Below are positions 47,100-58,469 of a stretch of 64,000 bases of DNA, in pieces. The notes beneath the pieces are model-generated. The model had not been told where the DNA came from, made no database searches, and saw only the letters and a list, made by a program, of their open reading frames with translations. The position numbers were made by a program, and so were the translations under genes. The DNA is from Dicyema japonicum (Eukaryota; Animalia; Dicyemida), in assembly GCA_011109175.1 (NCBI GenBank), contig RDEW01000026.1:389695-453694 (forward strand), in the 5' to 3' direction. Numbering within the stretch: position 1 is the first letter of the stretch; each line of letters opens with the position of its first letter.

Positions 47100-49440
47100 A
47101 AAGTTTTATTGAAGAAAGAAAATAGAGTAACGCGTTATTATAGAAGCTGCCCTGACTGCGTGGCTATTCCCTCTCAGGATTGCGAGCGAGATTGGCTCAA
47201 ATAACCAGCAGCGCTCACGAGGGTCTCCTTTTCGTGTAGCGATTCCGATTTCCCTAGACGACTCAAGAATTCCAGCATCGCAGGAGCAAGGGAACCAGAC
47301 ATTTCAACGGCGACTAGAACAAACAAAAAAAATCCTTGAACAGGAGCGCGTACTTTTCCCGTTTCATCTTCTCGGCCTTCTCAGCAGGAGAACAGGCTCC
47401 AGAGGCACTCTGGAGTATGTTGCAAGAGGCAAATGTGTTGGTGCAGGTAACGACCCATACAAGAGGTTTCCTGGCTTCAAAATGGAAGATTGTCATCCCA
47501 TCTGTTCGTTTCCCGTCCCGCCTGCAAAGGCCGACAGGTTCGAGCACGGAGGGGTGTCCGGCGGCGTCTAAAGCTCGTTTAACGACTTCGTTCAAGGCCA
47601 TGTGTCTGGGAAATCTGCCTGCACTCTTCCTGCAGGAGAGAGGGTGTAGGCCAAAACAATCGATCTTATCTTCGCATCGGCACGGATGTGGAACACAGAC
47701 TTTTAATCCCAGTCGCAATGAGATCCCAATATGGACGCATTCATCATTCAGAAAGATATCCAGAACTCCATTGGGAATGGCGTTGGGTCAAGTACCGCTC
47801 TCGGAAGACGGTGGCTAGATGACACTAGCAAATCTTTGAAAGAATTCCAGCATATAGCATCGTCCAAGCCCCGCTGAGAGAACGAGGAAGGCAGGGAAAG
47901 CTGATAAGTGCGGTTCCAGGCATCATGAGCATGGCCGGCGTCCTTGTCAATAGACAATTCAGGTAGAGAGTGTAGAATCCTCTTGACATGGAAGTTACAG
48001 GCCACTAGCGATAATAGGTATGAAGGGAGGGAAAGGTCCAAAGGGTTCCGAATTCCAAGTCCTCCGAGTCTCACTGGAAACATGGCTTGCTTCCATGAGT
48101 AATCCTCGAACCGGACGTTGAAGATACGTTCCGCTGTCGTACGGATAATCTCGTTTTTGAATACTTTTCTTTCTGAAAGTCTGCAATTGTAGATTTCGCA
48201 TTTAATGTAATTAATTCCAGTCCAGCATCCAACAGTGCTGGAATTATCACTTCCAAATCCCGGAAAATAGTATTCGGGAGTCCTCCGAAGACCGCATCAT
48301 CCAGATACCATAAGTTCATCCAAAAAGTAAGGATGAAAGTAGGCTGTATGACTGATTCACAAATTCGAAAATATTAAGGCATCTTTCAACACACGCCTCC
48401 AGGACATTGTCCCTCCTTAGACTATTGAAGGCGTTCTTGATATCCAGTTTGACCAGGACATGTCCCCGGGAATCTTCTATACTGTGGTTTATGAATGTCA
48501 TCACTGAATGGACAGCGGCCTCGCATCCCAAGCAAATACCGACGTCTACTTGAGGGGGGTTCAAGAATTTTATGACGAGTGGAATAGAATGTCTAGAGTC
48601 GATTTTAGCAGCTAGTCTTCTGAAGATAAACCTGACCGCAACTGGTCTTACTCCGCCTCCCTTCTTATCAAAGGCTATCATATTGCGGAGAACAAGACAT
48701 GGCGGATAACTTTGGGAAGAACTCCAGACATGATCCGATTCATGAGTGAAGTAATTGAATTCGTAAGACGAAGTCACTGGTCTCCTACGGACAAAAGGTT
48801 AGATCATTCAGATAGCCAGGTTTCATTCCGTCGAGGCCGCCACTGCTACTAGGGGCAAAATTCCGTATTGCGAGGAGAACTTCATCGTTTGATGCAATCA
48901 GGGGAGTCACTCCGGATGGGGAAGCGACTTGGCGTAGATTTTGGGGCGGCTGTGGATGCTTGTTCAGTAAAATATTGTAGGCGTCTGGAGTCGGTTTTCG
49001 TGGTTCACTCGAGGAAAGTGTCCTGATGGCTGCGCAGGTGCTACCTTCGATTAACTTCTACCGGACAGTTCTCTTAAAACTTTCTCGTTATGACCACGTG
49101 TCTCCTTTGTACGGTAAAAAACCATGGAACAACTGGAGATGTGAATACTCCCAAAAAAGAACGAATGTTGGTCCTCATAATGGTAGCGAAAGACACCTTT
49201 CCGTGACCATCTCGATCAAGTCCCAGTGCGGAAGGCGCAAAACTGAATAAGCGCATCCAATCATGTACTGCGTTAGTCCGGAGGGCATCTTCGATCGTTT
49301 TGGAAAGGGCCTACGGCCTTGGGAATCTCACAGGGATAGTCCGTGAAGAACGTAATTCAGAGATGAGACGTAGGAATGTTTCAGGGTTTGTGGTTGATGG
49401 GTAATTAACGGGAGAGTTAACATTGGCACAGGATTTTCAT
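47100..49440 (-). mobile_element. CRE-clade non-LTR retrotransposon, longest copy, frameshifted
   Basis: GGGVRPVAV..GCEAAVHS..LDIKNAFNSLRRD, WYLDD, PVRLGGLGIR, RLGLKVCVPHPCRC, RHMALNEVVKRAL..RRDGKRTDG (RT plus RLE). Confidence 0.9.
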
Positions 49441-51499
49441 TAAAATAAAAAAATGTGGTGGTACTGTTATGGACAAAATTACTTTAACAATATTTGATGA
49501 GTAATAAATGACATTATTATTTGTTGTAATGACAGTGAGGGTGTTGACTGTAAGAAAACATAAATGGAAGGATAGGTAGGAGACATAAACTGATACGTCT
49601 GACAGTAGCTAATATTATTTACATTTACAGGTATTAATGATGATCAAAAACTTGTTAATAAACAGTTATACATAAACACGTTTATCTAAATTGCGAACGT
49701 CCTATTTAATATCACTGGTCTACAAAAGTTATTTATGGGGGTCACTTAACTAACTAATAGGGAGATTATCTTCAATAAATCACACATTTCTGCCTCATGA
49801 ATTGAATATTCTTGTTTATCTTCCATTAGAAGTCTTTTTATCTTTTTGAAATACAGGGTATCTTTCGTCCGTCGATGCCGAACCAAGGCAAAACAATGCT
49901 AGCCGATTTCTGGTTTTATTCCGTCTCGTTGTTTTTCAGTTTTTTTCGTGGATTCCAGATTTAGACGTTTGACAATTATTCGAAATTACCTAATTTAACT
50001 GAGGTAGGTCGACTGAATAAGACATAGAATCCGAGTAAAGTAAAAATTGTAAAATGTTGGAGATTTTTTGAAGATATATGGATTCATGGATGTAGTGCAT
50101 ATTGATCAGAATTTATCATCAAAAAACATAATTCGAGTTAACTTTTTGAGTTTGTGCAAATGTTTGACTTTATTGTGATGAATTTTGTTTGAGAATTATT
50201 AAATTCAAAAAGAATATTCGATGTGCGATATTTAGGTTTCTTTAACTGCCGTTTTCACTCTTTAATGTTTAAAATAATTTAATGTTTTGTTTTTCCCTAA
50301 CTTTTGTTGATTCTAGGAAAATTTACTTATATTTATTACCAATGAATTAAGTTACGTTAAAAATGAGAGTTGAAATAATAGTTATTTTACTTTACGTTTG
50401 TTATACATGGATCAGCTTTATCTCATTTCCTTTTATACCAAATTTAATGTAAGTTTATCTAAGACATTATGTAATCATTATAACTACAATTTATTCTTCT
50501 TAATTCACCCATTGTGTACATTATTGGGGGAATAATCATTTGTTTCGAGTTATAGAACCCCAATTCTGCCATTAATATTCTAGTATTTGGATATATTTGA
50601 AACCATAGCATTCTTCATTAAAAATCACAAGCCATATTGCTTCGACCAATTGGGAAGGAAGGTTTGTCGATGGGCAACACGACTAGCCAGTTTAGTCTAT
50701 TGAAGACATCAGATCATGACTTTATATTTTCCATACTAAATCCCTAACGGATGGTAATGCTAATAATGTTACTTAGCGTAAGAAAATTTGATGATTTGGA
50801 ATCTGTGTAATTACAATTCTCATCATCATACAACGTTGCTTCATTGTTTGCTGATAGGTTCTGATAAAATCTTTGATTTAATTCGAAACAACAGTTGTCT
50901 TTACGAAAGTCCTTTTTCGGTTTGATGTTGTAAAAACTTGATTGGATAAATTTAAAGTCTTTTGAGAAAATCATAGGGTCAAGTGTTTTGTATGACCCCA
51001 AGTCTCTATCTCTAGTAGTGACTAAAGTATCGTCTAAATCCTGTACTTTTATGAAATCTTAGTATCGTATCGAGACATTTATCACCACCTTTTTTTAATA
51101 ATCGGATTATTCTGATATTTTCTTAAATACACAATATTTTCTAGATGTGTTTTATTTATTCTCTTATATGTGCAAATCGTGTAAATCAAAACATCATCAT
51201 AACATCTGGTAGACGAGAATAATCTTTATCTAGGGACCTATCAGGCAAACTTCTTTCCTGCCTTTTTCCTTGTCCATTGGTGTTAAACTATAGTCTGCGA
51301 ATGAACAATCATGTATGGATTTTTTTGCTCTTCTCTCTTGTTTAAAACGATCTCCGGTAGACCAACCAACCAATCTCTCTCATTCTTCATCAAGGCCAAA
51401 GCATCGACTTTTCCTTTTGGATTACTCGTCTGGACTTTTCACGTTCGGAGTTGTTGAAACCAAAAGATAGTACTAGTCTCAGGAAGCGTCGGTCATAAA

Positions 51500-52070
51500 C
51501 TTCTTGAATTTGATACAAAGGCCACTATTCATTTACTCACTTCTGCCAAAACTTTGGCTATCTCAGACCTCGAGACGTTCGATTTGCTGAAGGCCAAACA
51601 TCCATGTTCTCCAAACGATTTGGGCCCGTTCCTCTAGCAGTCGCGCCTCTAGTCATCACGGAAAAGGAAGTTCAGGCCTCAGTAGTAGAGGATTTGGTAG
51701 CCTACGTCCGAGTCATGTAAAGGACTTACCTTAGCTACAACTGGAGAGGCCAGAATGAATTTTCTCGACGCTATCTACAGTCTTGTTGAAACGACTATTT
51801 TTTCAAGAGATCTCTTCTTTGAGGTAAACCTGCACGCCTTCCGCAAGTCTGATAGGGTTATTCGGCTAATCTTTGTCAAGAATTACTTTATCTGATTGTT
51901 TTTTGAAAATTACTACGAGACGTGTTTGTACCTTATTGACTCCGGAGTTGTCATTGGGTGTCGGTGTTAGGAATGGTTATGGTGCAGTTTCTCATGCAGT
52001 CAGATGCTTTTCCACCTCTAATGGCACCACCCAAGAACGTCAAATTAGAAATCTCAAACGTTAACAACAT
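51500..52070 (+). mobile_element. CRE-clade RT fragment, decayed
   Basis: LLKAKHP, LRPSHVKDL, LHAFRKSD, LGVGVRNGYGAVSHAVR. Confidence 0.68.
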
Positions 52071-52228
52071 GACTCCTGGAGGCCTGCACATGACAAAACC
52101 TGTCTGTAACTCCACATTCTGATGCTGGTAATGAGATGTGAATATAGTGATATCCAAGAGTCGTGATAATTTTATGATTTTTAATTTTAGTTTAAGTATT
52201 AAAAATAATTAAACTATTTATTTAAAGC

Positions 52229-53146
52229 ATGTGTTTGAAAAGGTTTGTTTGTATGGAAAATAAAGAGCTGTGGATTTGGCTTACAAAATATTTAAATCAA
52301 ATAATGAATTATATCCATATCCTCTTTATATATTGCATGGTTTTCAGAGTGGAATGGTTAAGTGGTATTCTGTTGCTAAAAGATTGTCAAATTATGGGAT
52401 ACAAGTTTTCCAATAATATTATTTAGGTGGTGGCAGTGGAGACCAGGAATCACGGAGAGAGTCCTTATACTGATGACCATATATACAAGGATATGGTCGA
52501 TGACATTGAAAAATTAAGAATTAAGCTTGGTCATGATAAAATAAGTATTCTTGGACATAGCATGGGTGGGATTACTGGGATGTTGTATGCTCTTCAATAC
52601 GTTTGTGGATTATTATTACATTAGGGTCGGTTCCTTGCAAATTTAATTGTTGTGGATATATCACTTTTTGTTGAAATTGATGATGGTGGGTACTTAGAGA
52701 CTTTATCACGAATAAAATACCCCAAGACAATGCAATGAGCCTATCAGAGATGAAATCCCACATCATCAATAGCACAGACTCTCTAATAAGCGTATTAATA
52801 GGTGTTATTTGGTAGACGGAATCATTAAACTCTTTTCTTGACAGAAATTAATTTTTAAGGATGGAAAATATACATTTACGTATAATGAAATGTAAATCAT
52901 CATAAACATGACGTTGGGGAGATACCTGAGTCTCGGTGGGAAGATTTAGTCCTTTTTATTGGTGGTGAAGATTCATCATATATGCCGTTTTATATAAATT
53001 ATTACAATAGGATGAAGGAATTAGACAGACAAAAGTCATACTTTCCTAACCAACAGGTGGTTTATGTACCGAATTGTGGCCATTCAGTCTATCGAGAGAA
53101 CCCTGATAAATTTATAAGTCTTGTTACTGAGTTTTTGTTTCGTTGA
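52229..53146 (+). CDS. ABHD11: ABHD11-like alpha/beta hydrolase; apparent homopolymer frameshifts in the middle (pseudogene or assembly error)
   Basis: AVDLAYK..PLYILHGFQS..VVAVETRNHGESP..ILGHSMGGITGMLYAL..LIVVDIS..FIGGEDSSY..VPNCGHSVYRENPDKF; 22-24-nt introns; TGA at 53144-53146. Confidence 0.85.
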
Positions 53147-53489
53147 CTTACCCACCAAAAATACTTATTTTAATTAATACAACAACCAGATATAGTAAAA
53201 ACAAGATAAAAACATGCTTTGTAGTGCTCTAACCAAGAATTATCGGTCCCTGGTGTTATTATTATTTGAATGACCGTACGGGAATAACGCTCACATTATT
53301 GTGCTAACTGAGTAATTGTATAAAGTTTGGAATCGTTTGTGACACCTTGCAACGATTTCATCATTTTGTGCCAAGATGAGAAAAAAAGTTGCAAGACCTA
53401 TGTAGAGGTTGACGTGTGCTTGACTTCAAATCATAGCCAGAATATAGTAATATACCATACTCTGCCTCGGATCATATCGGAATTATGAC

Positions 53490-53990
53490 TCCGGAAGAGT
53501 TTCTAATTGGAGGATCGAACATTAGTCGAAAGAAATCATCTTTGTTAGGATCCCTAAGGTCTCCCGTCATGTTTTCGCATGTGATCTTGCGTCCTGTATC
53601 GAAAAAACAATTACTAATGACTTAGAGAAAGAGATTGGATGATCTTCTATTTCCTCTAGTTTCGCAGGGTCTGGAGTCGAAACCTGCTCTTCCTTTGCGA
53701 ATACCGTCTTTGTCAACCAAATGAAAACACGCTTGACTACCTTTATGGAATATTGAGAGGCATTAGACTCAGAGTTATTTTCACCTTTGAGGACTGCAGT
53801 AAACTTATTTATCGACCAACGGTCCTCGGGGCGTGAAAGATTTGTTCATGTGTTAGAAAAATGGAAGAGGATCTAACTGCTGCACTTCATGCTGTTTGTC
53901 CCGATTCTAACTCAATGAATTGCTCCACTGAGAGAGTTTCCCTCTAAGGGAAAGGCACCCCCTATGCCAGATGATCTTTGTGCGGCTGTC
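53490..53990 (+). mobile_element. Probable CRE-clade fragment (post-RT region), decayed
   Basis: Fragmentary peptides (TLVERNHL, ALPLR, QRSSGRE) resembling the longer CRE copy; weak. Confidence 0.35.
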
Positions 53991-54074
53991 TGTTATTAAC
54001 CAAAACGTTTAACTTTTTTTGAATTTTTTAATATTAATTAGAATATAATAATAGTAACTATAGAAATATTAGTA

Positions 54075-54936
54075 ATGATTCCCCCAAACTGTTCTCTTTT
54101 GAAATATGATAGTCCACATCTCGTTATTAAAACTTTAGAGAAAAAATCGATCAAAGTCATATTTTTAGTACTTTCTTAGATTAAACAAGGAAAGTTTAGA
54201 AAACAAGAGGAAGGAGCATCCCTTCAAATTCCAAACTCAAAACATGAAAGAAATATGCAAACTGAAGAAATATTAGATTCAATCTTACCTCCACAGTTAG
54301 AGTTTATTGACAATCAGTGAATGGCAAGAAAACAATCAGTTATGGATGCAACAGGTTTCCAGCAACCCAGCCACGAGATTGGATGTAATAAACCTTCAAG
54401 AAGAACTTGATAGGAGACTACAACAACAGCAGGCCAGAGAAACTGGAATATGCCCCATTCGAAGAGAAATATATTCTCAAACATTCGGTATACAACTTCA
54501 TAATAAAAGATGAGTTAATTCGACAGGAGACTATAATTTGTGCAGAAAGAGGACTTCTTTTGTTAAGAGTAAGGGACGAAATAAAGATGACGTTGGCAGT
54601 CTATCAGACGCTGTATGAAAGCAGCATAGCTTATGGAATACGAAAAGCATTACAGGCAGAATATAGAATGTTGGAAACGGAAAAGAAGGTTATTTTTCGA
54701 ATTATCAAAGATTTCCGAACTGACCAATGTTATTGAAGACTTAAAGAATTGTGTGAATGAATCAAAAATAAAGTGCGACAAAATCGAGACCAAACTCAGC
54801 GAACAGCGACAATTGGAGGATAAAAAACATCATGAAGAAATTCAATTCCTTAAAAGAACAAATGTTCAATTGAAGGTTTATTTGAAAATATAATAATTAG
54901 AGTCAATTAGAGGGAATAATAAGTCCGAAAAAATAA
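54075..54936 (+). CDS. DNALI1: Axonemal dynein light intermediate chain p28, 6 exons, intact
   Basis: MIPPNCSLLKYDSP..EEILDSILPPHEWQENNQLWMQQVSSNPATRLDV..QARETGICPIRRE..CAERGLLLLRVRDE..EEIQFLKRTNVQLKSQLEGIISPKK*; introns 54156-54179, 54296-54317, 54488-54509, 54689-54710, 54876-54900. Confidence 0.97.
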
Positions 54937-55426
54937 TTTACTAATATAATTTAATCATTTAATTTACTTACATAAATCAATGTTCTTTTGAGAAGCAAGA
55001 ATTGAATCACATACATATCGACAGTTTTGGTAACCTCTCCAATGGAGCATGGGAGAGTCACAGTTTTTGGATGCCGGAGACAAAAGGAAAAAGAAGTTAT
55101 TCTTAAGACAAGTTGATTACCTGACGCCTCTTAGGAAGGCACAGAATACTTCTATCAGGTAGGGAGATGTGTGGAATTGGACTCACAGCTCACGGCTTCA
55201 GAAACAGCACTAACAACTATGATACCTGGTTTGCTCTTTGAAATAATGTGCTAAAAACAAAGCAAATTAATATTCTCTCATTTTAAAAATCTTTTTATTT
55301 AAATTAAATAAAAAATAAATTTAAATATAAAAAAGAAATAAAATTTGAAAATTTATGGAATTTGATTCATTGTAATAATCTAATTTAATCAATTTTCCGT
55401 GCATTTTCAACGATAATTATTTTGAT

Positions 55427-58139
55427 ATGAGTACATCTGACGAAATAGTGAGTTACAAAGATACTGACAGCAGTGACTTGCTATTGAATTCACAAGAAAT
55501 TGTCTGTAAAATTCTTGAAAAAGAACCCAATGAACGAACAGAAGCAGAACTAAATGTCCTTCTCAATTTTGTCCATCATTTAACTGTATCTCATGTTATT
55601 AAACAGGCATTTAACAACTTAACGACTACAGTCAAACTTGAATTATGCAAAGTTATGGTTTATGGCTTGGTGGAAGAGGCTGGGACGATTATCCTTGCCG
55701 ACGGAGAGGAACTGGATTCATGGTGTGTCATTATCAACGGGGGAGTCAATGTGAAAGACATGGGTGGGACTATTCGTTCTTTCGGCGTTGGTGACTGGTC
55801 CATTATTTATGGTAATTTCAGTTTTGGGGTAAAACCCACAAGTGAGAGGATATTCCATAAGGGAACAATGATCTCAACTAAGGATGACACTCAATTTATC
55901 TGCATTTTACAGGAAAAATACAAAGAAATACTCGAGACTGTACTCATTTGTACTATTAAAGTGTTATTCAACCTTGCTTACTACGGAAACTGACGGAAAA
56001 CTTTTGTGCATATTCGAGAAAGGTGGAACGTCTTCTATCGTCCTCAGAGTTTGTATTCATTGTTAGTTATGTAGGCAGGGGAGGAGTGGCTTGTAAATTA
56101 TCTTATTAGTGACATTTGTGATGACAACTTCATTATTGAGTTCTTGATGACTTTCAGAGCATATATTGAGGATGAGTTGTTGTTACCCAACAAAATGATG
56201 GAATGGATTACTCACCCATCACTCGTTGAGAAAACTGTGAATCTGTTTTATATTTGGGTTTCTTCCCACTTTTCATATTTTGAAAACAATTCATCCCTTT
56301 GGGAATTTTTCCTTCATTTTTGTAGTATATTGGTCAATCAGGTGGGTACATTTTATTATGTTAGGGATTTGAGGATAAATTGACTTCTCTTGCTTTTGAG
56401 TGTTCTAAAATGGCCCTCAGTCGTGAGGTTGTTGTCTGTGATTCCCAATCCTTTAACTTTGACTACTGTCTCTCATCTTTGGGGGTATTTGTCACAAAAT
56501 CCTGTGTTTCTGATGTAAAACGAGGGGATAAGGTTCATTGACTTTAATATTTAGATTTCAAAAATTAACAAGACAACCCTTCGCATGTTAACACGTGACA
56601 AGATTGACAAAATATTATCACTCTCATCCAACTACACACTTAGTGTAGAAACGGACATTTATGGTAATATATTAGTTATTGTAGGTTTTCTCGTTTCATC
56701 AAACATTATAAAAGACATACACAGTGAGAATCCTCTCTCTAAACTGTTATTCAAAAATATGTATTTATTTATGGTTATTACAGGCAACACTATATTCAAT
56801 CACAGTACACTCGCTGTTGTGACATAATTTATAATAATTATGATGACAACAAACTCGCAGTGGTTAAGATTTACAAATCAGACAGGAATTTTAAATATAT
56901 TCCCATCACTCAGGTAATTCGGTTATACATTATAGGACATGACTGTTCGGGATACGATTGCTATGGCACTTTACATTTTTAAGGATGTTTGTGACCCAAT
57001 GTATTATTATTCATTCATATTAGGTCATACAATCTCTACCAAGTCTCCTTAATGAATGGCAGTGTTATTAAATCACAAAAACTCACTTATAATTCATGTG
57101 ACCTTTGGAATAGTCTACCAGTAGGATCAAGGTTAGTTGTACTAATAATTAGATATTATCTTACTTTGAATGGTAATCCCCACAAATTCACATCAAATTC
57201 AACATTATCGGAACTTGTCAATGATGCAGCTATTATTGTGGACAAACTATCTCCTACTAGTATTGCACGTGCTGTTGATTCTCGACATCGAAACCTCTTT
57301 AGTGCTATTGATCCCTTCGAGTTTATATCAGACGTGTGTGGACTCGGAACTGTTTGTTTACCCCTAAAGAAATTTTCAGAGGTAGTATTTATTGATATGC
57401 TCAGTTGTGCAACACTGATATGTTTTGGGTTATTTCTGAGATTTGTGGACAACCAGACATTGAAAAACGAGTTAAACTTGTCTCAATCTTCATAAATGTC
57501 TCAAGTTTACTGTTTTTATTCATTATAGGCATTCTTATTAGAATGGGTAACTTTAATGCTTCCTTTGCCATTCTTGGAGGCCTTTCCAACAGGGCTGTCA
57601 TTAGACTCACTCAGACGTGGGACAGAATATCTTTAAAACTGATGAGAAAGTACCATAAACTGTCAAAGTTAATTGATCCAATACGGAATATGGCCTGCTA
57701 CAGAAACACCTTAATGGATCACTTACAAAACAGAAGAGAATCAATAGTATTGCATGTCTAACTTTAAGATCCCATACTACCCAATTCTCAGGAAGGATTT
57801 ATGTTTTATTAATGAGGGAAATGATAATTATGTCAACGAGTTGGTTAACTTTGACAAATGGAGGACAATGACCAGTCAGATCAGTAAATTCTATAGAGAA
57901 AAACAATCAGTTCATTAGTATATCAAATGTAGTGTGCTAACATCAAAAAGAGTTCGAGGACACTCATGGGAAATGTTTTCAAAAAAATACATGATGAAGT
58001 TGTCGCATTATGTTATTTTAAGGGAATTATGTTTAAAAAGGCTGACAATTATCTGAGTTATGTCTTTATAATATCAGATAATGACAGACTTATGAAGTTG
58101 TCTCTAGATCAGGAACCATCTGGTTTTTATTATTTCTAA
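55427..58139 (+). CDS. RAPGEF2: RAPGEF2/6-like PDZ-GEF (cNMP-binding, REM, degenerate PDZ, RA, RasGEF), many micro-introns
   Basis: ILEKEPNERT..AFNNLTTTVKLELCKVMVYGLVEEAGTIILADGEELDSWCVIING; IWVSSHFSYFE; RGDK; AVVKIYKSDRNFKYIPIT; RAVIRLTQTW..IDPIRNMACYRN; IPYYPILRKDLCFINEGNDNYVNELVNFDK; TAA at 58137-58139. Confidence 0.93.
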
Positions 58140-58469
58140 ATGTAAAGAAGTTTTGACTTCTGAGACTTCTTCCATTAGTAAAGTAGAAAAATTATCAAGT
58201 TCCTATGAATGTATTATTTAATGTTATTTAAAGTTGAGAAACTTATGAAACTTACTGCTCCAAGTTCATTTAGAATGTCGATTTCTAAAATTTTCAAAAG
58301 TATATGTTTTATATTATCAGATAAATGCAGGTCAATCAACACGAAAAATACATTTTAATTTGTAATATTTTTTATATTATTGTGAAATAATATTGTTGAG
58401 TCCTGTCTAATTTAATTTGTACAATTTAAGGATTTTCTCTCTCTTCGTTGTATTGGTCAATGTCACATG

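Noticed and set aside
49440-51010. Possible decayed gene including ORF 50744..51001
   Set aside because: No recognisable domain and no consistent spliced frame could be built by eye.
52220-54077. AG within 1-3 nt upstream of the ATG in ABHD11, DNALI1 and eIF1A (possible trans-splice acceptors)
   Set aside because: Easily expected by chance, absent in PACSIN and RAPGEF, and no spliced-leader gene is visible.
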